Origin: a virus
Lineage: Duplodnaviria > Caudoviricetes
IMG/VR virus record: IMGVR_UViG_2639763161_000004
Coordinates: 8,780-72,779 of that record
Length of the DNA: 64,000 bases
Direction: 5' to 3' (one strand)
Shown: one piece after another, positions 53,618 to 62,612 of the stretch
Layout: the number at the start of each line of letters is the position of its first letter
How positions within the stretch are numbered: the stretch's first letter is position 1
Translations under genes and position numbers: made by a program
The notes under the pieces: model-generated
Database searches by the model: none
What the model was told of the DNA's origin: nothing
The model's input: only the letters and a program-made list of their open reading frames with translations

Positions 53618-53860
53618 ATGAAAGCAAGAGAGCTACGCAAGCGCCTTCGGGCAGAAGCTCATCGTGAGCAGCTGGACTATGCAGGCCGTATTGACCGCGC
53701 ATACAAGAAGCTCAGCACCGGATGCAGCCTGACAGTATCCCGCGCAATCAACTCCCCTTCTCTGCGTAGTAAGCATGAGAGTGGGTCAGCTTGTTTGCCA
53801 GAGGTTGCGAAATACGCAGCTGGGTTTCGGGAATCTAAAGACATTGTGACAGCGAGATAA
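53618..53860 (+). CDS. N: N antiterminator
   Basis: GGAGG RBS; Arg-rich KARELRKRLR; C-terminal GSACLPEVAKYAAGFRESKDIVTAR like P22-type N. Confidence 0.88.
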   Translation: MKARELRKRLRAEAHREQLDYAGRIDRAYKKLSTGCSLTVSRAINSPSLRSKHESGSACLPEVAKYAAGFRESKDIVTAR

Positions 53861-53863
53861 CGA

Positions 53864-54355
53864 ATGACTAAACGACTTGAGATTTTGAAAGCCTCTCTCG
53901 TCAAGAAGGAGGCGCGGTTTGATGAGCGGCTTCAAAACCACTTCGACACTGTAGCCCAGGCAAGCGGACAGCCTCTTAACGACAAGCGCAATGGACGCAC
54001 AACTCTGAATAAATGGGATAAGCAGAGTGATGCTCTGAGGGTGTTGCAGGACAGCATTCAGCGCACCAAGAACGCAATCGAACGTGAAGAAACAAAGATT
54101 GCGCTCGCAAGCATGGTTGAGTTGCCTGCATACCTTCAGCAAGCGATTGATGATGGACTCATTACTCAATGGAGAAAGCACCCCCGATTTTTCTTTGTCG
54201 TTGGCGTAAGCGGCGGTCGAATCGTGCTTGATGAGGAAACAGGGATTATCGGGTACCGGTATCTGAATAAAGTATCAAAAGACGACTATCCCACCTTCCG
54301 CGACGTATTCAACAAGCTAAACCGGCAGTGCCGGGAATCACAACAGGCTGCCTAA
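53864..54355 (+). CDS. Hypothetical phage protein
   Basis: GQPLNDKRNG, QWRKHP motifs. Confidence 0.75.
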   Translation: MTKRLEILKASLVKKEARFDERLQNHFDTVAQASGQPLNDKRNGRTTLNKWDKQSDALRVLQDSIQRTKNAIEREETKIALASMVELPAYLQQAIDDGLITQWRKHPRFFFVVGVSGGRIVLDEETGIIGYRYLNKVSKDDYPTFRDVFNKLNRQCRESQQAA

Positions 54356-54370
54356 CCCGCAGCCTTTTTT
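54345..54370 (+). terminator. tL1-like terminator
   Basis: AGGCTGC-ctaaccc-GCAGCCT-TTTTTT. Confidence 0.75.
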
Positions 54371-54470
54371 ACTGGAGCACTCCCATGATATGCACCAAAA
54401 ATTATTGGTCAGGCTGGGCAGTCTTTGCGGTTATGGGAGTGTGTTTTTATGCGTTTGTTTAGGGGGTTGT

Positions 54471-54635
54471 ATGAGTGATGAAAAAATGAAGTCGTTCGAA
54501 GAGGCAGCAAAACCACTTATCAAGTGGCTGGCTGAGAATGAGCACCCGCACCACACGGCAATTATTACTAGCGTCCACGCTGAGTTGCTTGAGTCAAAGA
54601 TTAGCTTCCCAACCATGGAATTCATTAAGGACTAA
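54471..54635 (+). CDS. Small phage protein
   Basis: FEEAAKPLIKWLAENEHPH motif. Confidence 0.7.
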   Translation: MSDEKMKSFEEAAKPLIKWLAENEHPHHTAIITSVHAELLESKISFPTMEFIKD

Positions 54636-54639
54636 TGAG

Positions 54640-54873
54640 ATGAGTCAATATCCAATTACAGCATTTCCTACCACTGAAGCTAACTGGTTCAACGAGAACG
54701 TTCGCACAGAAGGTATGGACTTGCGTGACTACTTTGCTGCAAAGGGCCTGGTGGCGGTAATTGGCTCTCTTAATGGGCCAGTAACTCACGAAGAGCATCC
54801 CGGCGATTTTGATTATTACGCTAACTGCGCATACAAAATGGCCGACGCAATGCTCCGCACCCGCGGCCAGTAA
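54640..54873 (+). CDS. Conserved phage protein
   Basis: AFP...GMDLRDYFAAK...AYKMADAML motif. Confidence 0.75.
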   Translation: MSQYPITAFPTTEANWFNENVRTEGMDLRDYFAAKGLVAVIGSLNGPVTHEEHPGDFDYYANCAYKMADAMLRTRGQ

Positions 54874-54888
54874 CCACTACAGGAGAGA

Positions 54889-55125
54889 GTGATGGAATGG
54901 ATTAAGTGCAGCGAGCGGATGCCTATAGATATCGATGAAGTCAGAGCATACAAATCCACAGAAGTTCTGGCTACGGATGGCCGCGTGGTTACTGCTATTG
55001 ATTGCATTGCTGGCATACCAATTGGGAAAAGAGAGGAGTTTTGGTGTGTTTTCAGCCCTTACGGAAACATGAATCCCAAAGAAATAACCCACTGGATGCC
55101 ACTACCTGAACCGCCAGCTGAGTGA
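54889..55125 (+). CDS. DUF551-family protein
   Basis: WIKCSERMP...ITHWMPLPEPP. Confidence 0.85.
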   Translation: MMEWIKCSERMPIDIDEVRAYKSTEVLATDGRVVTAIDCIAGIPIGKREEFWCVFSPYGNMNPKEITHWMPLPEPPAE

Positions 55126-55214
55126 CACCGTAAAGCTGTCTGCTTAGACGGCTTTGAGGTGCTACGCACCAACGCCTTTAGAGGGGCTAAGACAGTAAGA
55201 AAGAAGTACCCACC

Positions 55215-55241
55215 AGGGGCCGCAATGGCCCCTTTCGTTTT
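55215..55241 (+). terminator. Intrinsic terminator
   Basis: AGGGGCC-gcaat-GGCCCCT-TTCGTTTT. Confidence 0.7.
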
Positions 55242-55275
55242 CCCAGGTTAAACCAACTAATTCATGAGGTATCCC

Positions 55276-55452
55276 ATGCAAGAACTAATGTTCGCAGGGG
55301 CGGCATCGGGCTGCCCAAAACACACCGCTCCAGCTTCTTTAAATCACTTTCGCCTGACTGGCTCCGACGTTATGCACTGGCAGCCAAAGAGCCGCTTACA
55401 GCAGCTTTGGGAGCGCCTGGTGCAGGTCATCACGCAGGAAGGCCAGCCATGA
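55276..55452 (+). CDS. cIII: CIII-like FtsH inhibitor
   Basis: FAG...GCP N-terminus and WERLVQVITQEGQP C-terminus resemble lambda/P22 CIII. Confidence 0.65.
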   Translation: MQELMFAGAASGCPKHTAPASLNHFRLTGSDVMHWQPKSRLQQLWERLVQVITQEGQP

Positions 55453-55610
55453 TATCGCCAACCGAACAATATCGCCGTGAGCAGGAAGCTCTTGAGCACC
55501 AGCGCAAGGAAGAAGCAGATCGCGAACGCCTGAAGTATTACGACTTCATCAGAGCGTTATTCGAAATGGCATGCCCCGGAGTAAAGAATGAGTCTCGCAA
55601 CCACAACTGA
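55449..55610 (+). CDS. Hypothetical protein
   Basis: ATGA coupling to cIII. Confidence 0.55.
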   Translation: MISPTEQYRREQEALEHQRKEEADRERLKYYDFIRALFEMACPGVKNESRNHN

Positions 55611-55758
55611 AGAGAGCAGCGTTAAACGCCGTGGCTACGTCATGGACGCGCTTTATCACCGTCGTAAGGGTAATCGCAAGTCGATGCGACTGTCGCTGCA
55701 ATTGGCCTTCTATGAACGTCTGAACAGTAAATATTTTATCGGGCCATGCCCGTTCTAA
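55588..55758 (+). CDS. 56-aa basic protein (not in ORF track)
   Basis: GGAG RBS; MSLATTTEESSVKRR...IGPCPF*. Confidence 0.55.
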   Translation: MSLATTTEESSVKRRGYVMDALYHRRKGNRKSMRLSLQLAFYERLNSKYFIGPCPF

Positions 55759-55770
55759 AGAGGTGTCACG

Positions 55771-56643
55771 ATGAAGTTTGAAAAAGCCATGAGAAAGAAA
55801 GCCAAGCTACGGCTGGCACTTACCGGGCCGAGTGGGTCAGGAAAAACTTATAGCGCACTGTTGGTCGCCAAAGGTATCGGCGGGAAGATAGCTGTGATCG
55901 ACACCGAGAAAGGGAGCGCCTCACTTTACTCAGATATTGCCGACTTCGATGTGCTTGAGCTTGAGCCTCCATTCACGCCAGAACGCTTCATTGAAGCCAT
56001 AAACGCCGCTGAGCAGGCTGGTTACGACAGCCTGATAATTGACAGCATCACCCATGAATGGGGAGGTGTTGGTGGCTGCCTTGAACTGGTAGACACAATT
56101 GCCAAGTCCAAATACCGCGGCAACTCCTGGTCGGCATGGAGTGAGATCAATCCGCGCCATCGCTCATTCTTAGACGCCATTCTTCGCTCATCAATGCACA
56201 TCATTGCCACTATGCGCAGTAAAACAGAAACAGCGCAGGTTGAGGAAAAGGGCCGCAAGAAAGTCGCCAAGCTTGGTATGAAGTCAGAGCAGCGTGATGG
56301 TGTTGAGTATGAATTTACTACCGTGCTTGATATCGGACACGAAACGCATCACGCAATCGCAAGCAAGGACAGGACAAAATTATTCAGCAATTCAGATCCT
56401 GTAATCCTCAGTGAAAAGACCGGCGAGCAACTGCTCAGCTGGCTTGAGTCAGGTGCAAATCCTGCCGAGGAATCACTCAAAGTATTCACCGAGTCCGCCG
56501 CTAACGCCGTGAGCATTGATGCACTGAAACCTCTATTTGAAGAGGCCTGGCGGACACTACGCGGTACAGAGTATCAGGCCAAGGCCAAAGAGATTTATGA
56601 CATCCGCAAGGCGGAACTTGAGCAAAATAGCGAGGCAGCATAA
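55771..56643 (+). CDS. Sak4-like AAA recombinase
   Basis: [24 protein letters not shown]; directly followed by SSB. Confidence 0.85.
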   Translation: MKFEKAMRKKAKLRLALTGPSGSGKTYSALLVAKGIGGKIAVIDTEKGSASLYSDIADFDVLELEPPFTPERFIEAINAAEQAGYDSLIIDSITHEWGGVGGCLELVDTIAKSKYRGNSWSAWSEINPRHRSFLDAILRSSMHIIATMRSKTETAQVEEKGRKKVAKLGMKSEQRDGVEYEFTTVLDIGHETHHAIASKDRTKLFSNSDPVILSEKTGEQLLSWLESGANPAEESLKVFTESAANAVSIDALKPLFEEAWRTLRGTEYQAKAKEIYDIRKAELEQNSEAA

Positions 56644-57125
56644 TGGCAAGTCGTGGCGTAAATAAAGTGATTCTTGTCGGCAACCTCGGGCAAGACCCCG
56701 AGGTACGTTATATGCCAAATGGTGGCGCTGTCGCCAACATTACGCTGGCTACCTCTGAGAGCTGGCGCGATAAGCAGACTGGTGAGAACAAGGAGGTTAC
56801 GGAATGGCATCGCGTGGTGCTGTTTGGAAAGCTGGCGGAAGTGGCGGGCGAATACCTGCGTAAGGGTTCACAGGTTTACATTGAAGGCCAGCTACGAACC
56901 CGTAAATGGCAAGACCAGAGTGGACAGGAGCGCTATACCACGGAAGTTATCGTGAATGTCGGAGGCGTCATGCAGATGCTCGGAGGTAAGCAGGAGGCAT
57001 CTGGTAAGACTCAATCACAACCTCAGCAGCAGCGAAACAACCGACCAGCACCACAGCAGCAACCTCAAAGCCAGCAGGCCAATAGCGAGCCTCCTATGGA
57101 CTTTGACGATGACGTGCCATTTTAG
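56643..57125 (+). CDS. ssb: Single-stranded DNA-binding protein
   Basis: [20 protein letters not shown]...DFDDDVPF. Confidence 0.97.
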   Translation: MASRGVNKVILVGNLGQDPEVRYMPNGGAVANITLATSESWRDKQTGENKEVTEWHRVVLFGKLAEVAGEYLRKGSQVYIEGQLRTRKWQDQSGQERYTTEVIVNVGGVMQMLGGKQEASGKTQSQPQQQRNNRPAPQQQPQSQQANSEPPMDFDDDVPF

Positions 57126-57135
57126 AGAGGCTGAG

Positions 57136-57315
57136 ATGATTATAGCCGTAACCATGTACTACAAAGATGAGAAAACAGGCCGTACCTCACTCGTTGTTTC
57201 GCATGGAGTTGAACGCGACTCCGGAAGGCAAATAGTTCTCCCTTGTGAGCACCCTAAAGACATTGGCGCAGTCTGGAATGCAGAGTTGCGTGAATGGGTG
57301 CTTATTTCTAAATAA
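57136..57315 (+). CDS. Hypothetical protein
   Basis: GAGG RBS. Confidence 0.6.
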   Translation: MIIAVTMYYKDEKTGRTSLVVSHGVERDSGRQIVLPCEHPKDIGAVWNAELREWVLISK

Positions 57316-57334
57316 ATCAAATAAGGCTCGCCAA

Positions 57335-57649
57335 ATGAACAACACCGGAACCCCGGCGGATTCTCTGCGCCCTGAAGACAGAGCAAAGCTCGACAGGCTC
57401 TATGCAATGACAGCAGACGTCATCAGGGAATACGAGGAGAAGCGCAAGGTTAAGGTGCTGTTCAGCACCAGGGAAACACAGGAAGAACGTGATGCATGGA
57501 TGCTTAAGTCGATGGAGCGCCAGATAGCGGAGAACAACGAGAAAGCACGGAAAGCGGAAATGAACCGGCAGAGCATCAGTGAGGATGCAAAAGCCGATCG
57601 CAATCAGGTCTATCCAGACTGGGCTGAGCGCCGCTATCAGGGCGACTAA
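57335..57649 (+). CDS. Hypothetical protein
   Basis: Helical; C-terminal RYQGD. Confidence 0.6.
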   Translation: MNNTGTPADSLRPEDRAKLDRLYAMTADVIREYEEKRKVKVLFSTRETQEERDAWMLKSMERQIAENNEKARKAEMNRQSISEDAKADRNQVYPDWAERRYQGD

Positions 57650-57663
57650 CCGGACACGCTCCC

Positions 57664-57876
57664 ATGCAAACACTTCACCGCAGGCAATGCCGAATACCGG
57701 CATATCGCCTCAACAGCTTCATGTTCATCGTATTAGCCGATGAGCAGTTAGCCATGGTTACCAACGTCAGGCATCTTGCCAATAAGGTGCTTTGTTACAT
57801 CAACGATAAGCAAGAGTCATTCGATAACGATGAGCTTGTCGTGGTGTCTGTAGCGGATTCAGGAGAAGGGAAATGA
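57664..57876 (+). CDS. Hypothetical protein
   Basis: Coupled ORF. Confidence 0.55.
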   Translation: MQTLHRRQCRIPAYRLNSFMFIVLADEQLAMVTNVRHLANKVLCYINDKQESFDNDELVVVSVADSGEGK

Positions 57877-58169
57877 TTAAGCGATATGACCACGGTGTTG
57901 CACATGGGGATTCTCAGATTCCTGAGTCTTTCATGTGTGTTAGAGATAACGGTGCATATGTGGATTACGAGGACTATGCCGCATTGCAGCAGAAGCTGGA
58001 TGCGATTTCTGCAAAGGCACTTGAGCTATGCAGTGAAGCGGCTCAAATCTATCAGAAATATAACGTCACTCAGATGCCTGACAGGGATTTAGTAGACCAC
58101 CAGACAATCCAGGAGCTTTCGGATTTAATCCGCTCCGGCACCCATGACACTGCGGATGAGGCGGGTTGA
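57873..58169 (+). CDS. Ea/Ead-region hypothetical protein
   Basis: GAYVDYEDYAALQQKL motif. Confidence 0.65.
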   Translation: MIKRYDHGVAHGDSQIPESFMCVRDNGAYVDYEDYAALQQKLDAISAKALELCSEAAQIYQKYNVTQMPDRDLVDHQTIQELSDLIRSGTHDTADEAG

Positions 58170-58170
58170 T

Positions 58171-58392
58171 ATGGATAATAAAATAACCGAATCGGACAAG
58201 CAAGCACTCAAGGCGATGCCTAATATCCGCTGGTTTAGCTACATGGAGAGCTGGAGCGCTAAAATAAATCGCCCTCAATACCGTATGGAGAGGCTGGAGG
58301 CGGCGGGCTATCTGGAAAGTCGCGTTATCGGGGAGTATCCGAATTTGACGCGACAATATAAAAAGTTGATGGAGGCCAACCATGACAACTAA
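58171..58392 (+). CDS. Small winged-helix-like protein
   Basis: MERLEAAGYLES. Confidence 0.55.
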   Translation: MDNKITESDKQALKAMPNIRWFSYMESWSAKINRPQYRMERLEAAGYLESRVIGEYPNLTRQYKKLMEANHDN

Positions 58393-58822
58393 TTACCGCA
58401 ATCCAGTTGATGGTGATGTGCAGGCGCTGATTGACGTCTGCAAGTCTGATATTGCGCGTCTGGAAGGCACCATCAGACGATGTGAAGCTAATAAGATTTT
58501 TAGCACAATACCAGGCCACAAAAGAGACTTGCTGATTCGGCAAATAGCACTCGCCGCGCTGGCGGCTGAGCCTGTCTATCAATTCATTGTAAACAATCCT
58601 GATAAGGATGGGTATATCGAATGGGCAGACTGTAACCCTGATTACTTCAGTAATGAGCCATCAGACAGACGGCGAATTCTATACACCACCGCTCCCGCTC
58701 AGCTTTTGCGCCCGGTGGAGTTGCCAGAGTTCGTTTACGATGCAGAAGGTGAGCCGTTTCTTCATCGCGATGAGGTTGTAGAACTGCTTAGCGCATTAGG
58801 CTACGAGGTGAAAAATGATTAA
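58382..58822 (+). CDS. Eaa-like hypothetical protein
   Basis: IALAALAAEPV, ILYTTAP, PVELP modules. Confidence 0.65.
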   Translation: MTTNYRNPVDGDVQALIDVCKSDIARLEGTIRRCEANKIFSTIPGHKRDLLIRQIALAALAAEPVYQFIVNNPDKDGYIEWADCNPDYFSNEPSDRRRILYTTAPAQLLRPVELPEFVYDAEGEPFLHRDEVVELLSALGYEVKND

Positions 58823-59258
58823 GTTGCCAGATGAATTAACGCCTAAAGCAGCCAGCCGCGCGTATGGTGGGCAGGTTGAAGGTTATCGCGATGGGTGGAA
58901 CTCCTGCATTGCAGAAGTCCAGCTCCTTAACGCCACCGCACAGCCTGTAAGTGAATCGTCTGCGGATGCCTCTAAAGCTATCAGACAGTTAGCGAGAGAA
59001 ATACAGGGTGTAACACCGCGCGCACAGCCTGTAAGCGATGGGTGGGTAAAGTGCAGTGAGCGGATGCCGAGTAAGGGTGAAAGGGTTTTGGTGTTCATCG
59101 ATTTTAATTCAGATGGCGTCCCTCCGAGCATTCACGATGCAGAATTTACAGGGCAAACATTCAGAAGAGGTGGTGCCACAATCAAGCCTTACCCCTTAGA
59201 GGATGGATTTGGTGTAACCCACTGGATGCCACTGCCAGCAGCGCCGGGAGGTCAGTGA
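58815..59258 (+). CDS. DUF551-family protein
   Basis: GWNSCI, WVKCSERMP, VTHWMPLPAAP. Confidence 0.8.
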   Translation: MIKLPDELTPKAASRAYGGQVEGYRDGWNSCIAEVQLLNATAQPVSESSADASKAIRQLAREIQGVTPRAQPVSDGWVKCSERMPSKGERVLVFIDFNSDGVPPSIHDAEFTGQTFRRGGATIKPYPLEDGFGVTHWMPLPAAPGGQ

Positions 59259-59452
59259 TGATTAGTGATGAGCGGCTTGAGAAAATTGCCCAAGGCTTCG
59301 AGTGGCCGCTTACTGGTGAGGATGCGGAGATGGCAAAAGAGCTTCTGTCTCATCGACCCTGCCAGCATAACTGGAATGTCCTGAGGCTTATCGAGGGCAA
59401 TGGTCGATACCAATATTGCACCTTTTGCGGCGCGAAGAAGGTTGCGGATTGA
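59255..59452 (+). CDS. Hypothetical protein
   Basis: ISDERLEKI..MAKELL; CQH..CTFC. Confidence 0.6.
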   Translation: MMISDERLEKIAQGFEWPLTGEDAEMAKELLSHRPCQHNWNVLRLIEGNGRYQYCTFCGAKKVAD

Positions 59453-59489
59453 ATCACCTTCACCGAAAACCAACCATCACCGAGTAACC

Positions 59490-59512
59490 AACCTGCTACG
59501 GCGGGTTTTTTT
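59490..59512 (+). terminator. Intrinsic terminator
   Basis: ACCTGC-tacg-GCGGGT-TTTTTT. Confidence 0.7.
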
Positions 59513-59537
59513 ACGAATTCATTCAGGAGTAGCCACT

Positions 59538-59747
59538 ATGTCCGCAGATATTCTCGATGAAGCTGCTGAGCACACGCAGCGCATGATTGACCTGGCATTA
59601 GCCAACCGCAATAAACCTCAGATGCAATTCACCGGTGCCTGCCATTACTGCGAGGAGAAGGTATCGACCGGATTCTTCTGCTCGCCAGAGTGCCGTGAGG
59701 ACTACGAAAGAATTGAGCGCGCCAATAAGCAAAGGAGAGTGGCATGA
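59538..59747 (+). CDS. DksA/TraR-like C4 zinc-finger protein
   Basis: DILDEA (DxxDxA) plus CHYC...FCSPEC; AGGAG RBS. Confidence 0.75.
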   Translation: MSADILDEAAEHTQRMIDLALANRNKPQMQFTGACHYCEEKVSTGFFCSPECREDYERIERANKQRRVA

Positions 59748-60370
59748 AACTTATTGATTTGTTGGTGACTCATCTAGGAAGCAATGGCGGATGGCCTATC
59801 GGCGCTGAAGTTTGCGCTCAGGATAACGATTGTGAAATCGTTTTTTATTCGCGCCCAGGAATTCATCGCCGAGGGAACAATTTGGTTTGGACAATACCAG
59901 AGGGAGTTGATTCAAAAGTTGTAAAACGAAGAATATATCTCGAATCTGCTGACGATATGCAGACGAAGGTGATTCATCGAAATCAATACGAAGTCGCCCT
60001 TGCAGCATCAAAGCAGTCTGAATGGGATGGAGAAGGTTTGCCACCGGTTGGTTGTGAGTGTGAAGCGCTGTACGATACCTGTGATAAAGCATGGTTTCGC
60101 GTCAGGGTTATTGCACATGACGATAAGCGCATTATTGGACGATGGCTTGAGGGATCTAAAGCAAACCAGTTACTTGACTACCCGGTTATCGATAATTTCC
60201 GGCCGGTTCGCACCGCAGTAGATCGTAAGCGCGACCGTTTTTATGAAGACGTGCATCCATATCTTTCGAAAGGTCTAAAATCAGTAGGATATAATGTTAA
60301 AGAGCTTTACGACGCCATCGCCGCCGGCGAGATTCCCGGCATAAGGCTGACAGATGACGCCAGAAACTGA
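59744..60370 (+). CDS. Hypothetical phage protein
   Basis: WDGEGLPPVGCECE, YDAIAAGEIPG motifs. Confidence 0.75.
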   Translation: MKLIDLLVTHLGSNGGWPIGAEVCAQDNDCEIVFYSRPGIHRRGNNLVWTIPEGVDSKVVKRRIYLESADDMQTKVIHRNQYEVALAASKQSEWDGEGLPPVGCECEALYDTCDKAWFRVRVIAHDDKRIIGRWLEGSKANQLLDYPVIDNFRPVRTAVDRKRDRFYEDVHPYLSKGLKSVGYNVKELYDAIAAGEIPGIRLTDDARN

Positions 60371-60578
60371 AAACGCCATCCGCGCCGTAGCCCGCAAGTG
60401 CAGACAGGAAATCATCAAAGCCACTGACGGCAATCCTAAAGCAGACCACGACGCCATCACCACCGCCATCCTCGATAAACACGCCAAATCAATCACCGCA
60501 CTGCCGCCGAATACATTCACAGCAAAGCTGTGGCTGAGCTATTTCGTGCGTCAGGTAGACAGGGAGATAAGACAGTGA
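60354..60578 (+). CDS. Hypothetical phage protein
   Basis: Coupled ORF. Confidence 0.65.
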   Translation: MTPETENAIRAVARKCRQEIIKATDGNPKADHDAITTAILDKHAKSITALPPNTFTAKLWLSYFVRQVDREIRQ

Positions 60579-61870
60579 AATACGGATCTGTTTGCAGCGG
60601 AATAGAGGCTGCCAGCGTAGCCTGGGAGCCGCTCGGGCTTGAGCCTGCATGGTTCTCTCAGTTTGACCCCGAACACAACTATAAAAAAGGGACTGACTTC
60701 CCCTCTGCCGTTCTCGCCCATCACTGGCCGCACGTTTCCAATCTTGGAGATATGACAAAGCTCGCAATCATGGTGAGGTCTGGTGATGTGGAAGCGCCCG
60801 ACATCCTTGTTGGCGGTACGCCGTGCCAGGCATTTTCTGTAGCTGGAGCACGCAAGGGTCTTGAAGATGATCGAGGCCAGTTAACAATTTCATACGGAGA
60901 ATTAGCAGATGCAATCGATGATCAGCGTATCAGAGAAGGAAAGCAGCCATCAATTATCGTCTGGGAGAACGTGCCAGGCGTCCTGTCGTCCAAAGATAAC
61001 GCCTTCGGTGCGTTTCTTGGCCTCCTCGCCGGTGAAGACTGTGAGCTGGAACCACCAGGGAAAAAATGGTCGAACGCTGGTTATGTGTCTGGACCCAAAA
61101 GGTCAATCGCGTGGCGGACCCTTGATGCCCAATATTTCGGAGTGGCCCAACGACGCCGACGTGTGTTTGTTGTCGCAAGTGCTAGAGCCGATTTCGATCC
61201 CGCAAAAGTTCTTTTTGAGCGAGAAGGCGTGCGCCGGGATATTGCGCCGAGCAGAAGCACGGAAAAGAACGTTGCCGCCCTTACTGCAAATGGCGTTGGA
61301 ACGTGTGGCGCAGATGACAACCAAGCCCAGGCTGGACATCTGATCCCCATTTCTACAAGTACATGGCCCGTATCTCACTGCCTTAATGCTGGAGGTATGG
61401 CCCGCATCGACTATGAAACAGAGACGATGGTTGTTCACGGCACGCAGGAACATGACAGACCCATTGCTTGTTATCCCATCAATACTCAGCTAGCTTTGCG
61501 TGGATCTGAAACAAGCAATTCAACACGGGAAGGTATAGGCTTAGGTGATGATGGTGATCCAATTTTTACATTATTGGCAGCACATCATCATGCAGTAGCA
61601 ACTAACATGCAGGTTCGTCGCCTTACCCCCATTGAGTGCGAGAGGCTCCAGGGGTTCCCGGATAACCACACCCTTATACCCACTGAGAAGCGCAAACAGA
61701 TTACAGCAGAAGAGTATGCTTATTATCGCCATCACAACCCTGAAATGACAGCGGAACAGGCCTACAAACTGGCGGCAGATGGACCTCGGTACAAAGCGAT
61801 CGGCAACTCCATGGCTGTTCCGGTAATGGCCTGGATTGGAAAGCGAATCATTTCTCACCTGAATAAATAA
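60575..61870 (+). CDS. C5-cytosine DNA methyltransferase
   Basis: SVCSGI (I), GGTPCQ (IV), WENVPG (VI), QRRRRVF (VIII), RRLTPIECERLQGFPD (IX), KAIGNS (X); GGGAG RBS + GTG. Confidence 0.93.
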   Translation: MKYGSVCSGIEAASVAWEPLGLEPAWFSQFDPEHNYKKGTDFPSAVLAHHWPHVSNLGDMTKLAIMVRSGDVEAPDILVGGTPCQAFSVAGARKGLEDDRGQLTISYGELADAIDDQRIREGKQPSIIVWENVPGVLSSKDNAFGAFLGLLAGEDCELEPPGKKWSNAGYVSGPKRSIAWRTLDAQYFGVAQRRRRVFVVASARADFDPAKVLFEREGVRRDIAPSRSTEKNVAALTANGVGTCGADDNQAQAGHLIPISTSTWPVSHCLNAGGMARIDYETETMVVHGTQEHDRPIACYPINTQLALRGSETSNSTREGIGLGDDGDPIFTLLAAHHHAVATNMQVRRLTPIECERLQGFPDNHTLIPTEKRKQITAEEYAYYRHHNPEMTAEQAYKLAADGPRYKAIGNSMAVPVMAWIGKRIISHLNK

Positions 61871-61915
61871 CCCCCACCACATTAACCTTTATCGCGCTCT
61901 GCGTGAGGAGTTGTT

Positions 61916-62512
61916 ATGTCCGGAAAGTACCGGCTCATTTATGCTGACCCGCCTTGGTCATACCGCGACAAGGCCAATGATGGCAGCCGAGGCGCATGCC
62001 ATAAATACCCGGTTATGACGCTGCAGGATATCTGCAGGTTGCCGGTGTGGTCACTCGCCGATCCCGAATCCTGCCTGCTTGCTATGTGGTGGGTGCCGAC
62101 TCAGCCGTTGGAGGCGTTGAAGGTTGTCGAGGCGTGGGGCTTTCGGTTTATGACAATGAAAGGTTTTACCTGGCACAAGACGAACAAGCGCAAAGGGAAC
62201 AGCGCAATCGGAATGGGCCACATGACGCGTGCAAACAGCGAGGATTGTCTGTTTGCGGTGAAAGGACGTCTGCCAGCACGCATGGATGCCTCAATATGTC
62301 AGCACATCAGCGCGCCACGCATGGAGCATAGCGCTAAACCACAGGTTATCCGTGACAGCCTGGTGAAGCTCATCGGCGACGTGCCGCGCATTGAGCTATT
62401 CGCCCGTACCGCCGATCAGGGTTGGGATTCGTGGGGCAACGAGCTTGATACCAGTGTTAATTTAACCGAGGGAGGTTTTCGGCGAGTCATTCGCAAGAGC
62501 ACAGCAGCATGA
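61916..62512 (+). CDS. MT-A70-family adenine DNA methyltransferase
   Basis: IYADPPW, HSAKP, RIELFAR, WGNE. Confidence 0.92.
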   Translation: MSGKYRLIYADPPWSYRDKANDGSRGACHKYPVMTLQDICRLPVWSLADPESCLLAMWWVPTQPLEALKVVEAWGFRFMTMKGFTWHKTNKRKGNSAIGMGHMTRANSEDCLFAVKGRLPARMDASICQHISAPRMEHSAKPQVIRDSLVKLIGDVPRIELFARTADQGWDSWGNELDTSVNLTEGGFRRVIRKSTAA

Positions 62513-62612
62513 ACATCTCCATCACCCCCGACCCGGGCGACATTCTCACTCTCGCCCTTCTCATCGCTCTCATTTACGCATTCAAACACAGCAAGCCACC
62601 TGAGGAGTAGAT

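Noticed and set aside
58938..59035. GCACAGCCTGTAAG direct repeat
   Set aside because: Short duplicated AQPVS linker typical of mosaic Ea/DUF551 genes
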